A stretch of DNA of 64,000 nt, taken from positions 558,001-622,000 of the forward strand of contig RSEE01000016.1 in the NCBI GenBank assembly GCA_003971905.1. The letters are read 5' to 3'. Position numbers and translations under genes: made by a program. The DNA is from Moniliella sp. 'wahieum' (lineage: Eukaryota). The notes under the pieces were generated by a model that made no database searches, had not been told where the DNA came from, and worked only from the letters and a program-made list of their open reading frames with translations. Numbering within the stretch: position 1 is the stretch's first letter; each line of letters starts with the position of its first letter. Positions 1-11,092 of this stretch are shown here, one piece after another.

Positions 1-1834
1 TCTCGGGCCGGCTGCGAGTGGTAGTGGAGGGGGGGAGGTGGTAGCGGGAGAGAAAGAAGGTTGAGACGTGGTAAACGCGGTGAGAAGCGGGCTGATGGGG
101 TGACCAGTGAGGGACCGATATAGGAAGGAGTGGGTGAGCGTGTGAGCGCTGCTGACTGATTTACGGACACTGGAGATCGAGAACTCGGAACTGACTTGAA
201 TTAGTTCAGTACTGAGTGAGCGTGACGCGTGACGCGTGACCCGTGGCGTGTGATGTGCTGTGGAAATTATCACAGCACACTCGTCCCGAGCCTTCCGCCT
301 TATGTCCAACGGTTAACAATATGACCGGTGACAGACCGGTGACCTCGCCTGTCATGCATGTCGAAGGTGTTTGCTGACATCATGCATGACGTCACTTCGA
401 CAGCACTTGTGTGGCAAAGGGCGTCACATCAGTGTCATGGTGAGAGGGTGTCAGATCTCAGAGCCGATCTCAGAGGGTTTATTAGTTCGGTACAGTGTCT
501 GAGTCTCGCTCGAGACCAGTCGGGCCCTGAGGCGGCCTCAGAAGGGTCAGTCGCTAGTCCCTCACTACTTCACTCCGTCACGCGTCATGAGTCATCCAAT
601 ATGACTTCACCATCGCGGTGCGCGCGTTCAATTGATCGAAACCTGAAGCTCTTGAAGCTTGAAGCTCCATGCTCAAAGCTCCAAGAGCCTCAAGGTGCAT
701 CTTTTGAGCAGGTTATTTCGCACCCAATCCAAGTTCGAGGCGTTGTATACGAGAGGTCGCGCAGGAGCCAGTCCTCAAATGCGTGCGAGCTCCATGTGGG
801 ACACCCCGCTCTCTCAATGAGCCAACAGTTGTGGAGAGAAGAGGAAACGAGGTGGGGGGACAGGGCCACATCTACGTCTGGATTACTGAGTGAGTAATAT
901 GGGTGCGAGTGTGTTGGAGGAGATCTGGGATGGAGGTGGACCACATCATGACAGCCTGGTATAGAAGGTCGGTGGGCACTGGTGCACTGGTGACAACTAC
1001 ATACACTTCTGACAATCTTCCAGCTCACAGGATGAGGCATCTGATGAGACCTGGAGTCCAGATGGTCCTCGAGGGTGATGCAATGGCACTAGTGGTGCTG
1101 GTCTAAGCCAACCAGCACCTCCTACAGAGGAAATGTGAACATCACGCAGAGAGTCGCCACCAGGGGCTAACCTGCGGAACAAGGAAAACAGGAGAGAAAA
1201 CAACGGAACTCCTAGGCCTGAGGAGGAACTGAAGGGACATTGGCCAAAGCACGAGCCACCTGATGGCTCAACAGCATCTCTCCTTGAACATGTTCGGCGA
1301 GAGTTGTGGACTTATATATTGGACGCAAGCGGGTGCACTGCTGGGCTGTAGGGGGCATTCCTTGTTCTACTTCAACGTCTGTCATGCCCTGAACAAGGAA
1401 AGGATATAGCAAGAAGCAAGCGAGGTGTGCGAGGACGAAGTGCTAACTATGATGGTCAACGATCCCTGGTATGGAGAGACAGGGTCGGTGAAGAGAGCGG
1501 GGAAGGCGTTTCCTAGAAACCCACCCCAAAGAACATATTCACCTTGACTAAGAGGTTGAAAAGAGTAGAGGGTACATTTTGCCGAAGATCATATGGTACA
1601 CGTGTAATAGAAGCAAAGGGGTAGGAGAAGTGGTATGGGCCCAAAAATGAAGGAACTCGACCAGCAGCAGCTGAGCTTGTTCGTTCATCATCAGGCCCTG
1701 CGCGAAGTAGCCAATGACTCGAGCGGCCACAGTGACAGCTCCATGGCATACACTGAAACGCAGGAAGGTCTGCACCTGTGCCAAGACAGGTTGTAATAGC
1801 AGATTGGGGTAGTCAAGACAAGAGGAAGAAGCTC

Positions 1835-2335
1835 TTAAATGTAGTTGGCGGGCTTGCGGTCTTTGGGGTTCCGGCGCTTTGGGGCTGCTACCCTTTGGTG
1901 GGTGCGCTTGCTAGAAGCCTGCTTACTCTTTTTGGACGAACCCTTCTTGCTAGATGACTTCGAGAGTGAGCCGAACACGGTCGGGGCTGAGTTACCCTCA
2001 TCAACAGTCATGGCTAAGAGCAAAAAATATGTCAGTATATACTGGCCGCGCCAAGGCTAAAAAGGTGGCATACCATCCTGCGTCTCCGCGACGTTCCCCC
2101 CATTTTGCAAGAATAGTTCATCTTCCTCAGTGACCTCCTCACCGGCCTCCTTGCGATCCTTGATTTCCCGCAGCCGGGCCAATACCGAAGTTTTGGGCTG
2201 CAGCTTGCGCTCAGCTAGGCGCGCCGCGATCTCTGCCTCGCGCTGCTTCTGCACCTTAACATAGTCTCCATTTGGGTCGGTGCGCTTGATATTGCGTGCA
2301 CGCACCCGAACTGCTGAACGCAAACTCTTGGCCAT
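1835..2335 (-). CDS. DUF2423 / YBL028C-like small basic nucleolar protein (2 exons, intron ~2014-2073)
   Basis: N-terminus MAKSLRSAVRVRARNIKR...QREAEIAARL resembles YBL028C (MAKSLRAS...). GTATGC donor at 2073, ACTGAC branch, TTAG acceptor at 2014, Lys/Arg-rich C-terminal exon. Confidence 0.75.
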
Positions 2336-2711
2336 CTTTGTGTGTTGGTCGGAAGCGGATAGACAGGTAAGTAGAGGGAATGGGCTCGTGGCCACAAAAA
2401 GGATTGGCCTCCACTGTGGGTTGAGGCGGATCTGCAAATTTATGTTTCACCGTACAGTTCCGCCAAGCCAGATTGGCACTTCTCGGTATGAATCCGTCGT
2501 TGCACCGAAATGAAGATTCCTCCCCGCCTGCCAGGCCTTTTAAGCGCCGCCAGTTCCTCTCCTTCTCGTTGTTCTTGGCACCACCACCTCTCGCCTTGTA
2601 TTCGTCCTTCGTCCAGAGCGCTTAAGATGGGGGAACGGTCACAACATTGACACCACCATTCCAGAAAAGGCTCTCATTCTGTTTCGGTACGTTCATCCCC
2701 CTTTCCTTTTC

Positions 2712-2820
2712 ATGATGAGGAATTTAAATGACGAGTCCAAGGCTTGGCCTCAATGGGTCCTGGATATTTTTCCTTGACCCGGCGAATGCTGCCTAGCCCA
2801 AGACGACATTTGGCTCCTGA
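2712..2820 (+). ncRNA. Intronic box C/D snoRNA, snR75/SNORD15-like with a snR13-like second guide
   Basis: Inside a GTACGT...GCTAAC...TTCAG intron (~2687-2889). Box C ATGATGA at 2712 and box D CTGA at 2817. Guides ATGACGAG and CATTTGGCT are complementary to conserved LSU rRNA AGCCAAAUGCCUCGUCAU. Confidence 0.65.
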
Positions 2821-3012
2821 ATCACCTCTCTTCGTTTATATGGCCTGCGGTGGATGGGTGTGCTAACCATGCCTGACATGTTCTTCAGATTCAATACCCC
2901 GTCTATTTCCCGAATATACCCCGTTCAGCGTTGCTTCCCAGTCCTCTATGGCACCGTCACGCCAAATGAACTAACCCTCCTGAAGGTACGTTGGCCATGG
3001 CCTTCCCTTTCC

Positions 3013-3112
3013 CCAGAGGATTGCAGAGGATTACTACAATCTCTTCACCTGATCCCCTCGGGGGCATGAAAACACACTTTCTTTGACTTTTTTTTGGATG
3101 ATGCTTCCTCTG
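3013..3112 (+). ncRNA. Intronic box C/D snoRNA, snR47/SNORD36-like
   Basis: Inside a GTACGT...ACTGAC...TTTCAG intron (~2986-3168). Terminal stem CCAGAGGA/TCCTCTGG. AATCTCTTCAC-CTGA is one mismatch from the antisense of LSU GUGAAGAAAUU. Box C is degenerate. Confidence 0.5.
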
Positions 3113-4102
3113 GTCGCGATCAATTCCCACGTTTGCATGCACAAACTGACCAATGCTTGTCTTTTCAGGTTGCGTATTCTTGCGTTATACGATTCAGTGG
3201 CAACACATCCACTCAAAAAACTGTCATGATGCTGTCATATTCTGCCGCATCTTCGATAGAACTCGAAAAATGCATGACCCATTCCTCATTTGTAAATTCC
3301 CATCGACTTCAACTACTGTTCTTCTGTAGCCAACACGTATCGCTTCTTGCGACCACTCCAACTAGCTTGATCAGCGCAACATTCCTGATGACTGACTGCC
3401 CTCGACCTGTTTCTTGGGGTATTGTTTTTTTTCTACGCCATCACGGTCCACAGCACAATGCTTTTCACTGCTGCGAGGAGGTTTAAACTGGGGTGCTGAT
3501 GGATGGCGCGCAGACCGGGGCACCGTCAAACGACTGCCGAAGCTCTGTTGGAAGTGTGGAGTAATGTGAGTCAGATTGCCCTATTCAGGATAGGAAAAGG
3601 AATATCGGAAAGGAATGCTCCGAAGGCAATCGGGTTTGGGCTCTACTAATGATACCACGGCTCCAATGTGGCACCACAGTCGGGGCGCTTGCTGGGGATT
3701 TACTACTAGTTGTGTGCATTGTCAGCCCCCTCACCCCGCCCGACCACTAACGGTCCAGACGGCCGTACCGGCTTAGAACGGGCCGTTTCTGCCCGGGATG
3801 CATGTGGCAGCAGCCGTACAGGTCTTACTACCGTTGTCCATCTGGGTTAAGAACAGTTGGATGTGCTACAACGCAGTCCGTCTCGTGTTTCCCCCCTCAA
3901 AATCTAGACACATAAGAGGACAAAATGAAATCTATCGGAGCACACGTGAGAGGTGTGGAGGAGGTATGGCCCTGGTGAACAGTCTTGCCAAACAACAGCG
4001 TATTTGCAGAAACCAAAGATGCGTGGTCACATTAAGAAACCAAAAGAGAAAACAAATGGGGGGTTGTCGGGGGATTGAGCAGAGGGTACGTCAAACAACG
4101 TC

Positions 4103-5075
4103 CTACCGTGCCTGTGGTGTCCAGGGTTGATGATGGACGGGTGATGGGCCGGCATGTCTCCAACCATGCCAGTCAACGCCAGGGGTAAAGTACGTGGGTG
4201 GCGGGAACGGGTAGGCCGGGTGACTGTAGATCGGAGTAGGGCCGTGTCTTGCCACATCATCGGGATATGACCCCATCACCGGTGCCATATGATCAAATCT
4301 GTAGCTTCTTGGGGGGTAAGATAGGATTGGGTATCAAAATGATTGACCCGTGGATTCGTGTATGACGCGTTCTGTTTGAACGAAGGTGCAATCCCGTAAG
4401 GAAGAGGCAGGATGGTGCGAACGGCTGGCCAGGAACGCCCGAGCCTGGAAGCGGAGTAGCTTGAATGAAAGTAGGATGTGACGGCGCCCAGTAAGGGCCA
4501 GCAGCAGAGTAATCAGGCGAAACAATGGAGTGGTGGTAGCTTTGGCCCCGGGAGTGGAGCGATGAATGTGCCGTGGGGGGAACGGGTGCAAGGGCTGGGG
4601 CAGGAAGATCGTCCAAGTGAATGGGGGTGTGGGGGAGAGCGGCACAGGAAGAATACTCTGACATATCTGCCTCGAGTGACGGGAGAGATGCAGCTGAGCA
4701 GCTAGGGCTGGGCTTGCCTGGCTCTGAAGACGGTGGAAGTGGCGAGGCAACGGTTGAGGAAGTGGAGGCAAGGAGGGGCAAGGAGGCAACAGAAGATGCC
4801 AAGGGGGCTGGATGTTGCTTATGCTTAGGTGCCTGAGCGAATAGAGCGGCGGACGCGGCGGTGCGCTGCTCTTTACGCGATTTGAGCGACGACAAAGAAA
4901 AATGATGGCGCTGCTGCAGGTTTACCATCAACTTGGGTGCAGCGCGGGACTGAGATGTGCGTTTCCTCTGCTCTCGCCGTTGCTGGGCAGGAGTGGCAAG
5001 TAACTGCCGCGGGGCAGGTGAGGCACATCGTGGTTGCCATGGGAGTTGAAAGGATGGGCGGAAGCCGGTGTGCAC
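4103..5075 (-). CDS. Hypothetical Pro/Ser-rich protein (frameshifted ORFs, boundaries uncertain)
   Basis: Consecutive minus-strand low-complexity ORFs 4293-5075 and 4103-4288; no recognisable domain. Confidence 0.3.
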
Positions 5076-7030
5076 GTCTCACGCACACACGACGTGCGGC
5101 GAGCCGAGTTGAGCACCAGCAGTTGTGGGCGGACGTAGTCGGCCAGCCAAGTGGAGTGGGTGGCTGGTGGCGCCCCGTGGGCCAGCAAGGGTGGGGATGC
5201 AGGGGTGCTCGATGTACTTGCCGGGTTGGGTGCGGGCAACATGGGACGGTGAGCGTGGTTGGGAGGCGCGCGGAGGGGGGATTGGCTGGGGCGAACAAAA
5301 GCAAAGCGAGAGTGGTGGCAGAGGAAAGGAAAGAGGGTGTGTGGCACAAGGCGGCTCTGATCGCTGGAAAGCGAAGCAACTGTCAAGCCGAGGGAGCAGG
5401 TGCGGTTGAGGCGTTGCGGGTGGCCAGGGTGGCCTTTGAGGCAGTCGTGTGGGATAGACGGATGGACGGATGGACAGATGGAGGGAGGTGGATGATGCAC
5501 AGGCGCCGATGCGCAGGCGAGTGCCCCCCCGCCAGTGTGGAGCCTGATCTGACCATACCCGCCGTGCGCCAGTGTGATTCGCCGCAACGCAGGCGGGCAG
5601 TCGTGGCGGGGCCGTGAGGCGTGAGGCGTGCGCGCCAGTGCCGCGCCGGCCAGTGCGCCGCTAGTGCGCCCCCGTTCGGCATCCAGAGCCGCCGCCCCGC
5701 TGTCTGCGCTCAAGCGCTCAACTTAGGCCCAGGCACAGGGTGGCACCCTGGCCGCCGGCTTTACGCGGGGTGCCTGCAGGAGCCCGCACAGCACCACACT
5801 GGCGGGCGATGTTTATAAGTGTACATCACCCGAGGAGCACTGCCGCCGTGCTTGCTCGGGAGGATTTGCGCGCACGCATTGAGGCAGTGTGCCAACGCCG
5901 CGGCATGGCGCCAGGCGCCTCTGTTGATGACATCGATCATCGGCCCGCAGCGGGGCATGGTGCATGGCAGGGCGTGGCACTGGCACTGGCACTGGCAAGG
6001 CTGGCACTGCAGCGCATGGCTGAGCCTCTGGCCGCATGGCGGGCACACTGCCCCAGTGCATGCACCATGGCGGATCCTCGCAGCGCGCAGCTGCTCAGCG
6101 GCTCAGCGCCCAGGCCGAGCGCAGCCTACGCGCTGACGCGGCAGGCGCGCCCACATGCACCACAGCAGCCCACAGCGCGTCAGCACCCAACACCCAACAC
6201 CCCAAAAAACACCCAACACCAAATACCTAGCACGGCGCCGCCCTACGCATACGAACCCCAAAGGGTCCGAACAGTGCTGGCGCTCAGCGTACTCAGTAGC
6301 TCAACAACTTCAACACGTTCAACGTTGGTCAACTCGTCGATCAACGTTCAACGTACGTTCAACCCACACTCCTTCTTTTGCCCACTGGACTCAACCAAAG
6401 TCCTCCGCCCGTGCTCTCCACCAGTATTAGTATAGGATCGGTTATGGTTGGCTCTCTCTCTGTATTTACTCTGCAGCTTTTCTCTCTATCAACGTCTCCC
6501 CCACACGCGTTTTTGCCTCCCACGGAGGCGTGTAGCATCGTGGTTTTTGATGTCGTTGATTGCCGCAGAGAGCCGCCGGAGACGTCGAAACTTCTTTTGT
6601 ATACATGGGTGTGGGAGAGGCCGAACTGGAGCCCAACCCATGAGTTACTAGGGCTGCTTGCCCTTATTGGAGGCGGAAGGCCCACTCACGTTGTATCGAG
6701 CTTGAACAGCTTGAACGCTACTATTGATAGTTACAGAGGCCTCAAAAAGCCCCAAAGTGTGTGCATGATAGCGTGTAGCGTGTTTCAGATAATAAGTAGG
6801 AAAGGGGAGATAGAGAGATGCTTCGAGCAGTCTTCTTGTCGAAAGTAGTGGCGAGACCTAAAACGCACAAACAATATGATATGAAGGACAGATAGTAAAC
6901 AGTCAGGACGGGCCGGTGATGGGGGATGGGAAGGCGCAAAAATAGGCATTACATCTCCACAGAAACGAATAACGTCGTTACTGCCCAAATTCGTTTCAGG
7001 GCCGCGAAAAGAGGGGAGATGATGGTCCCG

Positions 7031-10000
7031 TCAAAAGTCCACGCCCGAGTCGGACTCTTCTGGAATCCAGAGCAGTTCCTTTCCTCCCGTCGAAAACGAA
7101 GGCGACATGTGGAGGGTCTGAGAGCCAAGGAAATGACTTAAACCAGCCAAGACGTCCGTGGCGGCATCTTTCACTTCCGCAAGTGTCAAGGGAGCCTTGC
7201 CCGAGAACAAAAGGTCGGTGGCAATGGGAAGTGCTGGCTCCAGGTCAAGCAAGGAAGTCATGGCCAATGACTGGGGAGGGACAGCACCCGCTAAACTGCG
7301 CCGCAAGGCAAACGTTTGAGCCAAGAGAGCAGACGAATGGGAACCAGCTTGTGTGAAGATGGACTTGTTTGCACCCAGTGCACGCAGTAGCAGGAGCCAC
7401 TGGAGAGCAGCGGTGGCAAGAGAGAGCACGCTCCTGTCGTCCGCCAGTCCTTCTCCAACCGACTCAGGCTCAGGAAATGAGAAGGAGGGTTCGCCCCAAA
7501 TCAGCTCGACGCAGGCCATTGCGGCCGGTCGAGCACCCAACATGGAAGAGCCTGCTTCAAGAGCGGTCACCAAAGGATGGGTCAGTGACCTAGCCAGGGC
7601 AGATCGGCACGGATGAAGGCCCATGCCGCAAGCGTGATCTGGGCTAGATAGCTGGCGGGTGTATTGTGCACAGCAAGCGAGCTGGTGGTATCGAGCAGCT
7701 GTTGCACCGATTCCCGCGTCTCCGCCGCGCTAGGGCAAGCAGAAGTGGCCACGTCGATGGTGATCAAGCCTAATTCTTGCCGGCAAAAGAATTCTCGCAA
7801 AAACGAATTGACGTCCAGGCCGCTCACGTTCGACACCTGCTCCGATGGAAGTTGGTCTTCCTCCTCTGCTTGGTCCAGATTAGAGCAGTCCATCTCTCTC
7901 TCTCTGGGCACGTGCTCCAAACGTTGTCGGACTCGAGGCGGCAACAATGTGGGGGAAGAGATACACCCATGCCTGGTACAGAGAGGCCATGTGCATAGCG
8001 TTGGAAACAAGCAGTAAAGGTGAACCAAGGTACGCCCGCATTTCCGAATCGCCCCCAGCGGCTGCCCTGAAGGCGTCCCCCTCAGAGGGACATAGGAACA
8101 GGGCGTCCTCCAACGGATAGGAAAGCAGATGCCTCTGCCACGGTTGGCTGGCTTGTGCCATTGCCTGCGCCTGAACCCAATGGGAATGGGCATACTTGCG
8201 GGTCAAGCGACCCACAGCATTGGTCAGTGAGCCGAGGCGGCCGAGAGCGAGGGCCAAAAGCATGTAGGTACGTGCGCTGATATCATCGGACAGTTCATCC
8301 GACTCGATCCCTGTTGGCTCCTCCGCCTGGTCCAAAGCAGTTGCGATCCGAGCTACGTGTAACACGGTGTGCACACGGGATGAGAGGGAGCGCTGAACAA
8401 AGGGGCCCCACGCAGTCTCCACCTCCAGCAACCGAACCCATGCATCCGCGCGGGCACAGTCGACATAATTGGCGAGCAGTTGAGGACGCCGATTGGGAGG
8501 CAGCGATGGAGAGGAAAGAGCTGCACATTTTGCTAGCTCGACCAGATCACGAACCAAGTCAACACCGGTGTCACTGGGCCAGTGGATGCATCCACAAATG
8601 AACGAAGCGCATGCTCCATTTCTGCTGGACTAGTGAGGGGGGCGGCCATTACTTTTCCAGCTCAGTACGGCAATGGTGGAGCAAGCGGAGAGAAGACAGC
8701 TCCTTTGCCTGCTTTCCCCGTGATTTGTGCATCGTAGACGTCTGTTTGACCAGCATGCGATAAACAGAGTAGAGAACAAAGACGACGCAAGACGAAAAGG
8801 CCACGAAACGAGCTACCTCAATCAACAAGGTTACCACGGGCAAATGGTCGTAGTGGTGTGTGGCCGTAGACGAAACAACCGAGGCACGCCTCAAGAGTTG
8901 GTGGCCCGCACTGGCAGCCATTGCTCCAGGATGGGTCCCAACCTGGGGGTGGTCCAAGTCCGAGGGCCTAGTGACCAAAGTAAGACCCAAAAAGGCAGCC
9001 ATCACATACGAGCCCGACTGGGACAATTTGGGGCCGGCATCGACTCGGGGGAGAGCCGGATGACATATCTTCGTCCGTGTCCATGACAAGGTCGGCCATG
9101 ACGTCCTCTGCTTTGTCTTCTTCTTTGATGGGCATCAGAGCATCGAGGCGTGCATTCTCCGCTTCACGTTCCCTTCGATCTGTTCCATCTCGTGCATCCA
9201 AACCAGCAAAACATCTTCCCCGCCTTGGAGGGAGCGGATGAACTCCTTCAAGCCCTCAGCTTCGGACGACAACTCGGTCTCACGCCGTTTGAGGTGGTGG
9301 ATGTACTCGGTCGCTTTGCTCAAAATGGTGGCTTTGTTCAGCCGGGTTGCAGCACTCACACCATCGACCAAGTCCTCGGGCTCCCCCTTCTTGCGAGGCT
9401 TGCGAGGCAAGAGTGAGGTGGACCCTCCGTTGTTCTTGGGCTCCAAGTTGCGCAGGGCGGGTACGGCGGCACGCAGGGTAGCAATGCGGTCATTGATATT
9501 GTTGCGATAGCGCCGTTCAATCGCGTTATGAGGCACTTTGTTGAAGGGGTCAGTCGGTTCCGAGGGTTTCTTACGTGCCCGACGCCGAGCCTTTTCGGCC
9601 ACGGTGCCCGCCTCTTCCTTGGGCCAAAGGGATTCGATCGGCTGGCAGGCCTGTCGGATCAGTCTAGTTTGCTGGAGGTATTGTAGCTGAGACATTACCG
9701 AAGCCACATTTTCAAATGCTGAGAGGCAACAGCGGTCAGTACTCGGTACATGCGCAATTGTAGACCCATCCTCGTCGATCCTAATGGATTGGAGAGGGTG
9801 TGGGACGAAAAAAAAAACGTACAGTTAGGCTGAAGGATGTTCCACTTGTCTGTCCGTTCGTCCAACTTGATCATTTCTTTGGCATGCAAGGCAAGCTTGT
9901 GCGCCAAGGATGTTTCTGATGTAACCCTTTTGCTGGTGTCCCCTTCTGCCAGCGACCTGGCATTGGAATGTCGCATGGCCAAATCCTTCGGTGTCCCGTC

Positions 10001-11092
10001 CAAGGTCGCAGCACGTCCACGGCTGTGTCGGATAGGCCCCGTGCCACTCGAAGCCTCATCACTCATTCGCTTCTTACCTCGACTCCGGGGGCAAGCAGTT
10101 GGTCCGATGCAGGCGGCGAGGTCGACTTGGACTTTACATTGGCTGGCCCGGCGACGGCCAGTGGAGTCAGGCCGGGTTCGGAGGCGGCATGGCATCAGCC
10201 GGACCTGGCTGCCAAAATGCTGGGGGCGCCGAGGCGCCTGCGCCTGAAGACTGCCGGCAGTTGTGGTGGGAAGGCCATGGGATGCGGTAGTCCCATTGTC
10301 CCAGCTGCCACACTCATATTCATGCTTGCCAAGTAGGCGGGAGCGTAGCAAAAGGGCGGCGGGAGAAAAGGGGAGGTTGGGGGCAACCGGCCCATTGACC
10401 TCGGTAGGTGGGATGCTGAGGGCTGCAGGTGGCTGCCAAGCTTGAGCCTGCTCATGGCATTGCTGCGTTTGCAATACGGGAAAGGAAAAAGGATACGGCG
10501 ACGGGCTCTGTTGGGGCCCCTCTGTGCGGGCAGGCGTGGCCCCGAATGTGTTGAGGAGGGACGCAACATGATGTTCATCGGCGGGGCATCTTGAATCCCC
10601 TGGCCTGGAGGAAGAGCATTTGTGAATGACTCGGGGCCGGCCGATGCGCCCGACGTATACTGACTCGGGGGCGAGTCGGTGCCATAGGCAGACACGCCGG
10701 GTGTGCTAAAGTTGGATGTACCGTCGGGCTGTGGTGGAGATGTGGAGGGTACTGGTGGACTGGGGCAGGCGGGCTGGTGCTGGTGGGGGCGCAACGGGGG
10801 ATGACGGGAAGAGCATCGCTTGGAACGTGGAGGCGTCGCCAGGCTGGATGGGCGACACTGACGCCGAGAGCGAGGCAGCCTGTGCGAGAGCAGGTGGGGA
10901 CGGCGGCGGTAGTATTGGCAACAGCAGTGGGCGGCGAGGGCGTAGGGTTGGCAGTTGCACTGGCATCTGCATTTGGGCTGGCGTTGTTGTTGGCGAGGGG
11001 AGCGCTGTTGAGATACATGAGGCGGTGGGGGTCAAAGAGGCGGCGGCGGTGTGGGGGCGTGCCCAGGCCACCGGGATGGGCGGTGGTGACAT
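7031..11092 (-). CDS. SREBP-type membrane-bound bHLH transcription factor (Sre1-like); several frameshifts/introns, ends approximate
   Basis: bHLH KVPHNAIERRYRNNINDRIATLRAAVP...LNKATILSKATEYIHHL has the SREBP-diagnostic Tyr (ERRYR). Two hydrophobic segments follow (YVMAAFLGLTLV; LPVVTLLIEVARFVAFSSCVVFVLYSVY), then a long C-terminal region. Confidence 0.8.
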
